Source: Candidatus Lambdaproteobacteria bacterium (GTDB taxonomy: Bacteria; SAR324; JACQKK01). From it: a stretch of 41,404 nt of DNA. The notes below the pieces were generated by a model. The model made no database searches. It was not told the origin of the DNA and worked only from the letters and a program-made list of their open reading frames with translations. Position 1 is the first letter of the stretch, and each line of letters opens with the position of its first letter. Of this stretch, positions 1 through 9,865 are shown in pieces. The position numbers were made by a program, and so were the translations under genes. Location: positions 1 through 41,404 of the forward strand of contig JACQHH010000181.1 in the NCBI GenBank assembly GCA_016199125.1, in the 5' to 3' direction.

Positions 1-227
1 GGTTGCGGCCTGCACGGCTTTTCTGGCCGCCATCTTAAAATCCATCGGTGCTTGCACCGTGCTGGTTCGACCCCCCGCCCTGGGCATGGGCTACATTGGT
101 GCTCTGCACGGTGGGCCGGTGTACACCGGCCTGTATCGGGTGAGCAATTGCGGTGTGCCGGTGCGCATGCCGCACGATCCGCCTTGAGTCGAGGCTGGCG
201 GCTTGCACGACAATGTCCGTCAGCGAC

Positions 228-2009
228 TCAGGTCGCGGCTGGTGTGCCGCCGTCAGGCTCCGCCAGGGGATGCACAGGCAGGTCGAGGCGGGCGACGCGT
301 TCCGCCACACGCTGCCGGCGCGCGTTCATGAGCGGTGTCAGCTCGCCGCTTTCGTTGCTCAACTCCTGGTCGAGCACGACATAGCCGCTGATGCCGTGGG
401 CGGCGGGCAGGGAGCGGGCCCCACGTTGCAGGCGCTGGCCGATCAGGGCCGTGGCCGCGGGCAAGGACACCAGGCTGCGGAAACCGGCGAAGGGCAACTG
501 GTGTTGGGTCGCCCAGGCCCCCAGCAGCCCCGCGTCGGCCTGCACCGCGGCGACGAGGCCCTGCCGGCCGTTGCTCAGCAGCACCGCCTCGCGGATGAGC
601 GCATCGGTCTTCAGCCCGGCTTCCATACGCTGCACGGCGGCGCCGCACTCCGCGGCGTCGTGCGGCCCTGGCGCCCTGCCGCGCAGAAGCAGTCCGCGCC
701 GAGTCGTTTCGCCCACATCCCCGCTGAGGGCCCATCCGTCCTCCTGCAGGGCTTGCGCCGAGACTTGTGCGCCCTGGAAGTGCAGCAGGCCCTGGGGCGA
801 GGCGCGCACCAGCAGCCGATCGAGCGGGAGCAGCTCGCCGGAGCGGTCGTGCTCCGCGGCCACCGCCACGATGCCCGCCGCCGCGCCGACGCTGTAGGCG
901 TCGCGAATGTTCGTGCCGACGGAACGGAAAAAGTCCGCGACGGCAGGCGGCAACATGCCGCCCGTGGACAGGGCGCAACGCAGGCTGTTGAGTCCGAAGT
1001 GCCGCTTGAGCGGCCGGAACAGGAGCAGCGACTGCCACGCGGCGGGCCGCGCATCTCCGCCGGTTTCCCCGGGCGCCTCCCGGCGGGCCGACGGGGCGCT
1101 CCCCAGCGCGCGGTTGAGCAGGTTCTGGCGCAGCCTCCCCGTCTGTTGTATCCGCAGCAGCAGATCGGCCCGCAGCTTCTGCCACATGCGCGGCGGGCCC
1201 GCCAGAATGGTCGGCGCGATTTCGCGGATGTCTCCCTGCATGGTACGCGGCGACTCGCTGAAATTGACGGACATTCCGGTCAGCAGCGGCAGCACGACGG
1301 ACAGGGCCTGCTCGGCCGGATGACCAAGCGGCAGCACGGACACCGTGCGGTCCGTGGCGCGCACCGCGAGGCGGTCGCCCAGGGCTCGCGCGGCGGCAAT
1401 CAGGTTCCCGTGGGACAGAAAGATCAACCGCGGATCGCCGGTGGTGCCCGCCGTCGTCGCGATCAGGGCAAGGTCGTCCGGGCCGGGTTCCGGCCCTTGC
1501 GCGTCGGCACCCGCCTGGAGTTCCATGAGCCGGTCCAGGCTGGTGATGCGTGCATCCGACTGGCCGTGCAGGGCGCGCTCCTCGACGGCCACGTAATGTT
1601 GCAGATCGGGCAAGGCCGCCACGTGGGGCAGCACCTTGTCCAGCCGCGCCAGCGTATCGAAAATCACCGCGCGCGCGTGGGTACGCGCCAGCACGTCCGC
1701 GATCTCCGCACCGGTCAGGCTGGGATAAATGCCGACGGGGATCCCGCCCGCCAGGCCAATGGCGTGTTGTGCCGCCATCCATTCGATGGAATTCGCCGCC
1801 AGAATGGCCACATGCTCGCCGTGGCCCAGCCCCAGCGCCCGCAGCCCCCGTGCCACCTGCCGGGCTTTGTCTTCCAGCTCACGCCAGGTCAGCGGCTGCC
1901 AGATGCCATAGCGCTTCTGCCGCGCGGCGGTGGCGCCGCCGTGCAGCGCCGCCCGCTGCCGCAGCAGCGCGCTCAAGGTGCTTGCGTGCAGGTCCGTGGA
2001 CGCACTCAT
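228..2009 (-). CDS. Long-chain acyl-CoA synthetase-like (AMP-binding) protein with degenerate catalytic motifs
   Basis: N-terminal 'ARQKRYGIWQPLTW', P-loop-like TTAGTTGDPR, 'LPLGHPAE', 'DIREIAPT...GPPRMWQK', 'GELTP'. ATG at 2009 overlaps the TGA of the upstream ATPase (ATGA). Confidence 0.85.
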   Translation of the reverse strand: MSASTDLHASTLSALLRQRAALHGGATAARQKRYGIWQPLTWRELEDKARQVARGLRALGLGHGEHVAILAANSIEWMAAQHAIGLAGGIPVGIYPSLTGAEIADVLARTHARAVIFDTLARLDKVLPHVAALPDLQHYVAVEERALHGQSDARITSLDRLMELQAGADAQGPEPGPDDLALIATTAGTTGDPRLIFLSHGNLIAAARALGDRLAVRATDRTVSVLPLGHPAEQALSVVLPLLTGMSVNFSESPRTMQGDIREIAPTILAGPPRMWQKLRADLLLRIQQTGRLRQNLLNRALGSAPSARREAPGETGGDARPAAWQSLLLFRPLKRHFGLNSLRCALSTGGMLPPAVADFFRSVGTNIRDAYSVGAAAGIVAVAAEHDRSGELLPLDRLLVRASPQGLLHFQGAQVSAQALQEDGWALSGDVGETTRRGLLLRGRAPGPHDAAECGAAVQRMEAGLKTDALIREAVLLSNGRQGLVAAVQADAGLLGAWATQHQLPFAGFRSLVSLPAATALIGQRLQRGARSLPAAHGISGYVVLDQELSNESGELTPLMNARRQRVAERVARLDLPVHPLAEPDGGTPAAT

Positions 2010-2815
2010 GCCAGCCACTCCGGTACGGGCTTGCGCCGTTGCGCCTCGCGGAAGTCCTGCCGGTCGGCGCCGTGTTCGCTGATGCCGAGGTAGAATTCGC
2101 GGATGTCCTTGTTCTGCACCAGATCCTCGGCCCTGCCGTCGATGACCGCGCGGCCATTTTCGATCACGTATCCATAGGAGGCAGTGCGCAGGGCCGCGGT
2201 GGCGTTCTGTTCGACGATGAGCATGGACACCTCTTTCTCGCGGCTGATCTTGCGGATGATCTCGAAGATCTCGGCCACGATCATGGGCGCCAGGCCCAGC
2301 GAAGGTTCATCGAACAGAATCAGACGCGGTTGTGCCACCAGCGCCCGGCCGATCACCAGCATCTGCTGTTCACCGCCGGAAAGGTAGCCGGCGTTCTGCT
2401 TGCGGCGTTCGGCCAGGATGGGAAAGTACGAGTAGACTTCGTCAAAGGCGTGACGGCGCGCAGCGGGCCGCCCCACCGTGGCATAGGTGGCGGCGACCAG
2501 ATTGTCCTCCACGGTCATGTCCGCGAAGACATGCCTGCCTTCCCGCACCTGCACGATGCCGCTGCGCACCAGCAGGTGCGGTGCGGTGCCGAGAATGTCC
2601 GCGCCGCCCACCTGGATGGTCCCGTGGGTCACTTTTCCGCCTTCCAGCGGAAGAAATCCGGAGATGGCCTTCAGGGTCGTGGATTTGCCGGCGCCGTTTG
2701 CGCCGAGCAGAGCCACGATCTCGCCTTCAGGCACCTGCAACGAGAGTCCGTTGAGGGCCTGAATGGCGCCATGGTAGACGACCTCCAGATTGTTGATTTC
2801 CAGTGCCACGGTCAT
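2006..2815 (-). CDS. livF: Liv-type ABC transporter ATP-binding protein (LivF family)
   Basis: Walker A GANGAGKST, signature LSGGEQQM, Walker B ILFDEPSLGLAP, VEQN, IREFYLG. Family-level symbol. Confidence 0.93.
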   Translation of the reverse strand: MTVALEINNLEVVYHGAIQALNGLSLQVPEGEIVALLGANGAGKSTTLKAISGFLPLEGGKVTHGTIQVGGADILGTAPHLLVRSGIVQVREGRHVFADMTVEDNLVAATYATVGRPAARRHAFDEVYSYFPILAERRKQNAGYLSGGEQQMLVIGRALVAQPRLILFDEPSLGLAPMIVAEIFEIIRKISREKEVSMLIVEQNATAALRTASYGYVIENGRAVIDGRAEDLVQNKDIREFYLGISEHGADRQDFREAQRRKPVPEWLA

Positions 2816-2819
2816 GGGA

Positions 2820-4031
2820 TCAATCCGTCGTAATCCAGTCGGAGACCGGTTCCGGAGTCCAGTCCTTTTTGGCATTCCAGCGATAGATGCGGCCCACGCC
2901 GATCTTCTGCCCGCTGATGTTGACCTTGGTTCCGAACATGCCGCCGGTATCCCAATCCGTGACCGTGCGCAGGTTGTTGGCCAGGTTCGTGCCGGTGAGC
3001 GGCTGACCCTTGTCGATGGTCATCTCGATGGCCTTCGTGGCCAGCAGGGCATTGGCCCAGGAGTGGAAGTAGCCGATCTGCGCCTGCCCGTCGTATTTGG
3101 GGTTCTTGTCGCGCATGATCTTGTCGATCACTTTCAGGATCGGCTCGGAGCGGCCCGTGGTGGAATACGGATAGGGCTGCACGCCCATATAGCCGTCGGC
3201 GGCGGGCCCGATCTCCATCACCTTGATGCGGTCCATGGCCCAGATGGTGCCGAGAAATTTCGTGTCCAGTCCGTATTCTTTCACCTGCCGCATGATCTCC
3301 GGCCAGACGGAGAAGGCGTAGCCGTGAAAGACCACGAAATCCGGACGTGCCTGCCGGATGGCCAGGGCGAACGAGCCGACGTCCGTTTCAACGAATTTGG
3401 TCTGCTGGATCAGGGCGACGTCGATTTTCAGGCGCTTGGCAACCTGCTCCAGGCGTTCGACCGGGTCGCGGCCGAAGGCGATGTTGCTGTGCACCATGGC
3501 CACCTTGGGCGTGCCGGAGCCGGTGTACTGGGCGCGGACGTACTTCAGGGCGATTTCGATCATGTCGCCGTAGCTCGGTCCGGCCATGAAATGCAGCGGA
3601 TAGGTTTTGGTGTCGTCGAATTCCGTCGCGAACGACCCGCTGGTCATCAGGATGTCGTACGTGGAGTTGTTTTCCGCGTTGAGCGCCTTGGTCATGGCGG
3701 TGCCGTCGCCGGAGACATAGACCGGCTTGTAATTGGACAGCACGCGCTTGAAGCCCGCCACCGCCTCCGCCGGCTGGAACGTGGTGTCGGTCATCAACAG
3801 CTTGATCGTCCGTCCACGGATGCCGCCGTTGGCGTTCTTCCAGGCCACGTAGTCCTGAAAGCCTTCCGCCTGTTTTGAGCCGGAAAATGCGGCGGGGCCC
3901 GTAATGCCCACGTGGACGCTCCACACGATCTCCTCCGCCGCGGCGGCCGCACCCGAGGTGCCGATGACCAGCAGGGCCAGCGCACCGAGCGCCAACAATC
4001 GTCGAATCCAGCTCCTACGAATCGAGTTCAT
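2820..4031 (-). CDS. Liv-type ABC transporter substrate-binding protein (type 1 PBP)
   Basis: Signal peptide ending AAAA-EE, 'ITGPAA...NANGGIRGRTIKL...DT.FQP', 'AFGRDP'. AGGAG RBS; position inside the operon. Confidence 0.9.
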   Translation of the reverse strand: MNSIRRSWIRRLLALGALALLVIGTSGAAAAAEEIVWSVHVGITGPAAFSGSKQAEGFQDYVAWKNANGGIRGRTIKLLMTDTTFQPAEAVAGFKRVLSNYKPVYVSGDGTAMTKALNAENNSTYDILMTSGSFATEFDDTKTYPLHFMAGPSYGDMIEIALKYVRAQYTGSGTPKVAMVHSNIAFGRDPVERLEQVAKRLKIDVALIQQTKFVETDVGSFALAIRQARPDFVVFHGYAFSVWPEIMRQVKEYGLDTKFLGTIWAMDRIKVMEIGPAADGYMGVQPYPYSTTGRSEPILKVIDKIMRDKNPKYDGQAQIGYFHSWANALLATKAIEMTIDKGQPLTGTNLANNLRTVTDWDTGGMFGTKVNISGQKIGVGRIYRWNAKKDWTPEPVSDWITTD

Positions 4032-4249
4032 CGAGTTGCTCCTTCAATTCTGCTTGATGATTGAACCGCCTGAAATATGAATGGGCAGCAGCCGGGCTGC
4101 CGTCCCCGTCCTGTGTTGCCGGCCCGCATTGGCGCGGCAGCTCGTACCGGCATGGTCCGCGTGTGCTGGAGGTGCGCCACGCACACGGCTTCCGGCGGCA
4201 TCGTTCCCCTTCGCCCCGATCTGTGCCGAGACCTCCGGCACGGTTGCTT

Positions 4250-5287
4250 TCAACCCTTCAACGGCCACGTGGCAACAGCAAGCCGGATGCGCTCCCAGAT
4301 CTGCACCAGGCCGTGCGGTGCGAAGATCAGAAACAACACGATCAGCAATCCGAACACCGTCTCCCGCAACGGAACAAGGACCTTCGTTACGTCCACCCCG
4401 TATGTGTCGCCGAACAACTGCACGATCAGACGCAGCACCTCGGGCAGGATGGTCATGAACAGCGCCCCCAGGATGGAGCCGAGGGTCGAGCCCATGCCGC
4501 CCACGATCACGCTGGCCAGAAAGAACACCGACAGCAGCAGCCCGTACTGCTCGGGAATCACGAAGCGGAAAAAATAGGCCATCAGGCCGCCGGCCACGCC
4601 GGCATAGAAAGAGCCGATGGCAAAGGACATCAGCTTGTACTTCACCAGGTGCACGCCCAGAACCTCGGCGGTCAGATCGCGCTCGCGGATGGCCACAAAT
4701 GCACGCCCTACCCGGGAGCGGAAGAGATTGTGCGCGAACAGCAGCATGACGATCGCCACCGGCGTGACCAGGAAGAACATGTGCCGCTCGGTGTTCAGCG
4801 TGATGCCGAAGATGCGCGCCGGTTCCAGCACCAGCCCGACGTCTCCCTTGGTCAGACTGTCCCATTCCACGAACACAAAATGCAGGATGAATTGCGCCGC
4901 CAGGGTGGCGATGACCAGATACAACCCGCGAATCCGCAGCGAGGGCAGACCGAAGGCCACGCCCACGAGTGCCGTCAGCGCCCCGGCCGCGGGCAGCGTC
5001 AGGTAGAACGGCATGTTGAAATGCACCGCGAGCAATGCCGCCGTGTAGGCTCCCACGCCCATGAAGGCCGCGTGCCCCAGGGACAGCAGGCCCGTGTACC
5101 CAGTGATGATGTTGAGCCCGGTCGTGGCGATGATGTTGATCGCCAGCAACCCGCAGAAATACACCCAGTGGCCCGGGCCGAAAATGGGGAAGAGCACCAG
5201 CACCGCCCCGAGCAGCACGGCCCAGACGATCTGTCCGCGGGTGCGGAACAGGGCCTCGTCCTGAATGTAGCTGGTCGTGATCTGCAT
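4250..5287 (-). CDS. livM: Liv-type ABC permease (LivM family)
   Basis: GLNIITGYTGLLSLGHAAFMGVGAY, LRIRGLYLVIATLA, GRAFVAIRE. ATG at 5287 overlaps the livH stop (TGATG). Confidence 0.92.
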   Translation of the reverse strand: MQITTSYIQDEALFRTRGQIVWAVLLGAVLVLFPIFGPGHWVYFCGLLAINIIATTGLNIITGYTGLLSLGHAAFMGVGAYTAALLAVHFNMPFYLTLPAAGALTALVGVAFGLPSLRIRGLYLVIATLAAQFILHFVFVEWDSLTKGDVGLVLEPARIFGITLNTERHMFFLVTPVAIVMLLFAHNLFRSRVGRAFVAIRERDLTAEVLGVHLVKYKLMSFAIGSFYAGVAGGLMAYFFRFVIPEQYGLLLSVFFLASVIVGGMGSTLGSILGALFMTILPEVLRLIVQLFGDTYGVDVTKVLVPLRETVFGLLIVLFLIFAPHGLVQIWERIRLAVATWPLKG

Positions 5288-6159
5288 CAGATGCGCTCGA
5301 TGGGCTTGGTTCCGAACAACCCGTGCGGCCGCGTGAGCAGCACCAGCAGCGCGGCGATGTACGGCGTGATGTCGCGCCATTCGCTGCCCAGCAGGTAGCC
5401 CGTCACGGCTTCGAGCCAGCCGACGATCAACCCGGCCACCAGCACGCCCCCGATGCTGTCCATCCCGCCCAGAATCACCACGGCCAGCACGTTCAGCGCC
5501 ACCAGTCCCAGCGAGGGCGAAAGAGAGTTGATGGACGCCATCAGAATCCCGCTGATGGCGCCGGAGATGGCGGCGATGACCCAGGTCATGGCAAAGATGC
5601 GGTGTACATTGATGCCCATGGCGAACGAGGTGGTCTGGTCGGCCGCGGTGGCACGCAGGGCCACGCCGGCCCGCGAATAGCGAAAGTACAACACCAGCCC
5701 CACCACGACCGCCACCGCCACGGCGAAGGCACGCGCCGTCTTGCCCGGAATGAACAGCTCGCCGAGCATCACGGGGTCCCGCGAAAGAAACGAGGGCATC
5801 TGGTCGGTGTCCGACCCCCAGATGATCGATGCGATGCCGCGCATCATGATGCCCGCGCCGAACGTCACCATCACCAGGGAGATGATGGGCCGGCCCAGCA
5901 TGGGCCGCAGGATCAGCCGTTCCATCACCAGCGCGATGAGGACGGACACGGCGATGGTGACCGCCAGGCCCACCATCCAGTTCCAGCCCATCAGCACGAC
6001 GCACATGAAATACACGTAGGCCGAGACCATCATCATCTCGCCCATGGCGAAATTGAAGGTCTGGCTGGCCTTGAAGATCACGACGAAGCCCAGCGCGATG
6101 AGGGCGTAGACGCCTCCGGCCGCGATGCCCAGCGCTGAATATTCGAGGAAAATCTGCAT
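5287..6159 (-). CDS. livH: Liv-type ABC permease (LivH family)
   Basis: YALIALGFVVIFKASQTFNFAMGE, VILGGMDSIGG, RPHGLFG. Confidence 0.92.
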   Translation of the reverse strand: MQIFLEYSALGIAAGGVYALIALGFVVIFKASQTFNFAMGEMMMVSAYVYFMCVVLMGWNWMVGLAVTIAVSVLIALVMERLILRPMLGRPIISLVMVTFGAGIMMRGIASIIWGSDTDQMPSFLSRDPVMLGELFIPGKTARAFAVAVAVVVGLVLYFRYSRAGVALRATAADQTTSFAMGINVHRIFAMTWVIAAISGAISGILMASINSLSPSLGLVALNVLAVVILGGMDSIGGVLVAGLIVGWLEAVTGYLLGSEWRDITPYIAALLVLLTRPHGLFGTKPIERI

Positions 6160-6198
6160 GGTCCCCGCTTCTGTCGTTCTAGGGGCGGCGTACCGCGT

Positions 6199-6972
6199 TC
6201 ACGATGCTTCGGCGCGGCCCAGGTACGCGCTGATCACTTCCGGATTGTGCTTGACCTCGTACGAAGTGCCCGCGGCGATGTTGCGGCCGAAGTTGAGCAC
6301 CACGACGCGGTCGGAGAGGTCCATCACCATGCCCATGTCGTGTTCGATCAGCAGCACGGTCGTCTGCCAGCGTTCCCGCGCTTCGAGGATGAAATGGGAC
6401 AGTTCGCCCTTTTCCTCCCGGTTCATGCCGGCCACCGGCTCGTCCAACAGGAGCAGCTTGGGACGCATCACCAGGGCCCGCGCCAGCTCCACCCGCTTCT
6501 GCAGGCCATAGGAAAGCTCCTGCACCGGCTTGTGGCGAATGTGGTCCAGCTCCAGCAGGCTGATCACCTCCCGCTCGATCTGCTCGCGCAGGGCGGATTC
6601 CTCGCGTCTGGTGCGGCCCAGGAACACGCCGGCGGCCAGCGGCCCCGAACGCAGGGTGGTGTGGGCGCCGAGCTTGATGTTGTCCAGTACGGTCATGCCC
6701 CGGAACAGCGCGACGTTCTGAAAGGTGCGCGCGATCCCCAGGAAGGCGCGGCGGTGCGGGCGCACCGCCGTAATATCCACGCCCGCCATGCGCACGGCAC
6801 CGTGGTTGGGCTTGTAGAATCCGGAAACCACGTTGAACAGGCTGGTCTTGCCCGCCCCGTTGGGGCCGATCACTGCGGTGATTTTGCCCGCCGCGGCGCT
6901 CATGGACACGTCCGTCAGGGCATTCACGCCTCCGAACGATAGACTGATGTTATCGATTTCCAGGACGTCCAT
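6199..6972 (-). CDS. livG: Liv-type ABC ATP-binding protein (LivG family)
   Basis: FGGVNAL, GPNGAGKTS, ARTFQN, LSYGLQKRVELARAL, LLLDEP, IEHDM. GAGG RBS before ATG 6972. Confidence 0.92.
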   Translation of the reverse strand: MDVLEIDNISLSFGGVNALTDVSMSAAAGKITAVIGPNGAGKTSLFNVVSGFYKPNHGAVRMAGVDITAVRPHRRAFLGIARTFQNVALFRGMTVLDNIKLGAHTTLRSGPLAAGVFLGRTRREESALREQIEREVISLLELDHIRHKPVQELSYGLQKRVELARALVMRPKLLLLDEPVAGMNREEKGELSHFILEARERWQTTVLLIEHDMGMVMDLSDRVVVLNFGRNIAAGTSYEVKHNPEVISAYLGRAEAS

Positions 6973-7135
6973 CCTCACATCCACTTCACGAGATTGCCGT
7001 AAGAACGAGCTGCACGGGAATTGCGGAAGATTGCCGGGGAAAGGTTCCAGGACCGCTGTGTTCGGCGCCGCCTGCTGGCGGTGGCGCAATACTCAGTAGC
7101 ATGTTGCATACGCCGGCACAACACCCACGGCAAGT

Positions 7136-7268
7136 CGGTAGTGGGTCAGTTTGAACAGAACAGCAGATTTCTCCCCGCGCTCGAAATGACACGTGCTTGT
7201 CACCCCAAGCGCAGAGAGGGGTCTGCTGTTCCTGTTCCGGCGGGAAAATTGAAACTGAGTCACTACCG
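7136..7268. repeat. Palindromic MITE/REPIN-like element with 20-bp terminal inverted repeats and an inner REP-like hairpin
   Basis: CGGTAGTGGGTCAGTTTGAA (7136-7155) vs reverse complement of 7249-7268, CGGTAGTGACTCAGTTTCAA (17/20). Inner arms AACAGCAGATTTCT..GAAATGACA and TGTCACCCC..GGTCTGCTGTT resemble the GTCATTCC/GGAATGAC repeat at 34567 and 38329. Confidence 0.7.
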
Positions 7269-7327
7269 GCAGTTCGCTGCGGGCGGCGTGCCGGCGCGCT
7301 GCGGCGACGGCCGCCCCATTCCCGCGT

Positions 7328-8371
7328 TCAGAAGGACAGGCGGGCCAGCTCGACCGGCGCAGCCTTGCGCAGCGCGGGCAGCAGCTCGCGGGAGATCATG
7401 CGCATGGAATGCAAGGCATGGTCGATGGGCATGCCGATGAAATGGGTGCGCAACACGAACGTCGTCACGCCCAGCTCCTCCCAGCAGGGCCGGAGCTGCT
7501 CGTAGCAATCCTCCGGGGTGCCGATCACGAAGCGCTCCCGCAGCAGCTCCGCGAAGGGCAGGTCCAGCCGCTCATCGGCGGGCATGGCCCGCGCCTGCCC
7601 CCAGCGCGAGTAGATGCGGTACTTCTCCCCCAGGTAGGGCGCCACCATCTCCAGCGCCTTGGCGCGGGTTTCCGCGCAGAAGATTTCCCGGCGGCAGGGC
7701 ACCTCGGCAGGCAGGGGCAGCCCCGCGGCGCGCCGCTCGGCCACGTAGAGCGCCATCTGCCGCCGGTTCGTGGCATGGGTGGCGTGGGGATTGATGTACC
7801 AGCAGTCGCCCAGGCGGGCCGCCCGGCGCACGGCGCGATCATGATTGGCCGCCATCCAGATGGGCGGATGGGGCTGCTGAACGGGCCGCAGGTTGAGCCG
7901 CACGCCCGCCAGCCGGCACTGGGGCGCGTCATGGCTCACCGTCTCGCCGGCCCACAGCCGCTTGACGATGTCCAGGTGGTCTTCCAGCCGGCGCACGCGC
8001 TGGCCCTTGGGCACGCCGAAGGCATCGAACTCCACGTCGCGGTAACCCAGACCGATGCCGAACACGAGCCGCCCGCGGGCGATCACGTCCAAGGTGGCCA
8101 TGGTTTCGGCGGTGTAGACCGGGTTGTGCAGGTTGAGCAGGAAGATGGCCACGCCCATGCTCATCTCCCCCGCCTCGGCTTGCAGGCGCGCCAGCAGGGG
8201 CACTTGCTGCATGGCCACCACGTCGCCGTCGTGGAGATAGTGCATGGAGGCCATGAAGCCGTCCCAGCCCTCGTCCCGCGCCAGGCGCACCATGGCGATC
8301 TGCTCGTCCAGCGAACGCACCAGGTCCGCCGGCAGATGATGTTGATTGTTGACGATGATCGCGATCTTCAA
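7328..8371 (-). CDS. Luciferase-like (LLM class) flavin-dependent oxidoreductase
   Basis: 'HNPVYTAETMATLDVIARGRLVFGIGLGYRDVEF', 'PVQQPHPPIWMAA', 'AARLGD', 'IGTPEDC'. TTG start at 8371 with GAGGAG RBS. Confidence 0.9.
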   Translation of the reverse strand: MKIAIIVNNQHHLPADLVRSLDEQIAMVRLARDEGWDGFMASMHYLHDGDVVAMQQVPLLARLQAEAGEMSMGVAIFLLNLHNPVYTAETMATLDVIARGRLVFGIGLGYRDVEFDAFGVPKGQRVRRLEDHLDIVKRLWAGETVSHDAPQCRLAGVRLNLRPVQQPHPPIWMAANHDRAVRRAARLGDCWYINPHATHATNRRQMALYVAERRAAGLPLPAEVPCRREIFCAETRAKALEMVAPYLGEKYRIYSRWGQARAMPADERLDLPFAELLRERFVIGTPEDCYEQLRPCWEELGVTTFVLRTHFIGMPIDHALHSMRMISRELLPALRKAAPVELARLSF

Positions 8372-8546
8372 GTGGCGCTCCTCTGGCCCCCTGCACGGCA
8401 CGCGCGGTCGCCGGCCAGGTTGGTGCAGTACGGCCCCGGCCGGCCGGGCCGGTCCCCGCCGGCTGCTCGGACCGGCGCCCAGGGGCTCCCGCACCGATGT
8501 TGCGCCCGAGCGCCAGTCCGGCGACGTCGCCCGCGGGGGCCACCGC

Positions 8547-9248
8547 CTACGGGGCGTAAAGTGCGATTTCCAGCCAGAACGACTCAGCCCCCAGATTCCT
8601 GCGCCGGGCCAGCTTGGCGGCGCCGCCGGGGAGCCCCGCTTCCGCCGCCTGCCACGCGGGCTCCTGCGCCGTGTGGGGGCAGGCGGTCTCGCACAGCGCC
8701 AGGTACTTTTGCGCGCCGGGGCCGCCGCCGTAGATCTTGCGTTCCGCGGTCATGATGGCCGAGATGCCCTCGTCCGCCTGGTAGAGCCGGCTGCGGAACA
8801 CCTGGGGCACGGCCGCCAGCGCGGGCAGCCAGCGGTCGACGAGCCAGTCGCGCAGCTCGTCCTCCGTGGCCGCTTCCAGGTTGAAGCGCTGCAGGAACAG
8901 GTAGGGCGCTTCCAGGGGCGCGGGCGCGCCGGCGGTTCCCAGCAGCGCGTAGATGTTGCGCTGGGTATTGCGGAAGTGCGTCAGGGATTCGGTGGTCCAC
9001 GGCGAGGGATGGTTCAGCGCAGCGAGATACGGCGCGCTGGACAGCACGGCGGGGCTGTCCGTCTCGTAAAACATGAAGTACAGGGGCGCCGGCGGCACGC
9101 CGCGGTAGCGGCGCCCCACGTTGAAGCCCGGAATGTTCACGCGCTCGGGGATGTGCTCGCAGTTGTGCCACTCCTGGAAGCGCGGCAGGTAGTCTCCGTC
9201 GATGTCCGCCCAGATGCCGAGCAGGCCTTGCGAGCCCGTGCGCTGCAT
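8547..9248 (-). CDS. DUF4286/EthD-like dimeric alpha-beta barrel protein (two repeats)
   Basis: 'F.EWHNCEHIPERVNIPGF..GRRY...YFMFYE' and a second repeat 'DWL...LAAVPQVFRSRLY...YLALCE'. GAGG RBS. Confidence 0.65.
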   Translation of the reverse strand: MQRTGSQGLLGIWADIDGDYLPRFQEWHNCEHIPERVNIPGFNVGRRYRGVPPAPLYFMFYETDSPAVLSSAPYLAALNHPSPWTTESLTHFRNTQRNIYALLGTAGAPAPLEAPYLFLQRFNLEAATEDELRDWLVDRWLPALAAVPQVFRSRLYQADEGISAIMTAERKIYGGGPGAQKYLALCETACPHTAQEPAWQAAEAGLPGGAAKLARRRNLGAESFWLEIALYAP

Positions 9249-9299
9249 ATCCTCGCCTCGCCGTGAGGGATTTCCGCCGCGGTGGGACCGCCGGTGAGC

Positions 9300-9713
9300 T
9301 CAGCGGGAACCGGCGCGCACCCCTTCCATTTCCTTGATGGCCACCAGCATGCGCAGGCCCTGCTCCTCATCGGCGAACCGGCAGCGCACGCGGTAGCGCG
9401 CGGGATCGTGCAGCACCTGCAACGGCACTTCCTGGCACGCCAGCACGTCGGCTTGCGCTTCCACCAGGTTGCCCAAGGCGATCGTGATGGGCTGTCCGGC
9501 GGCAGGGCGCTCGTCGGCGTAGAATGAAATGCCGTTCGCCGAAATATCGACGGCGACCCGCCAAGGGGAAAGCGGCTGAGCCAACCGGTCCGGGTGCACC
9601 CGCACGCGCGGATTGCTCCGCCGCTCATGGCCCAGGGGCTCGTCCAGCACCTCCCCCCGTTTTTGGCATTCCGCCAGCAGACGCTGGTACGCTTCAACGA
9701 GCTTCGCATTCAT
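9300..9713 (-). CDS. Stand-alone PilZ-domain protein (putative c-di-GMP receptor)
   Basis: RxxxR motif ERRSNPR and DxSxxG motif DISANG, 137 aa. The upstream part of the 646-aa ORF is off-frame shadow of dppB/dppC. Confidence 0.8.
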   Translation of the reverse strand: MNAKLVEAYQRLLAECQKRGEVLDEPLGHERRSNPRVRVHPDRLAQPLSPWRVAVDISANGISFYADERPAAGQPITIALGNLVEAQADVLACQEVPLQVLHDPARYRVRCRFADEEQGLRMLVAIKEMEGVRAGSR

Positions 9714-9865
9714 CGCAAGAGTTCTCTCTCTGGTCTGCTGGTCCTCCGCCGCGCCACGGGAGATGGCCCGCGTGCCGACCATCATTCTACCACTTCGCGA
9801 GCGGGCCGCGACGGCCCCCCCTGGAATCGTCGTTCCGCTCCGCTGGGCGTGGGAATTCCACGCCG

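Noticed and set aside
1-45. Possible start of a minus-strand gene (MDFKMAARKAVQAAT) running off the left edge
   Set aside because: Only 15 codons are visible, with no clear RBS or motif.
153-2093. Long antisense or alternate-frame ORFs (e.g. 153-2093 +, 9524-11845 +, 11727-13517 +, 22805-24691 -, 24715-27072 -, 26936-29059 -, 36029-37858 -)
   Set aside because: Shadow ORFs of well-supported genes in high-GC DNA, with no recognisable motifs.
3970-4031. Twin-arginine (Tat) signal on the first binding protein
   Set aside because: IRRSWI and IRRLLA fit S/T-R-R-x-F-L-K poorly; a Sec signal is just as likely.
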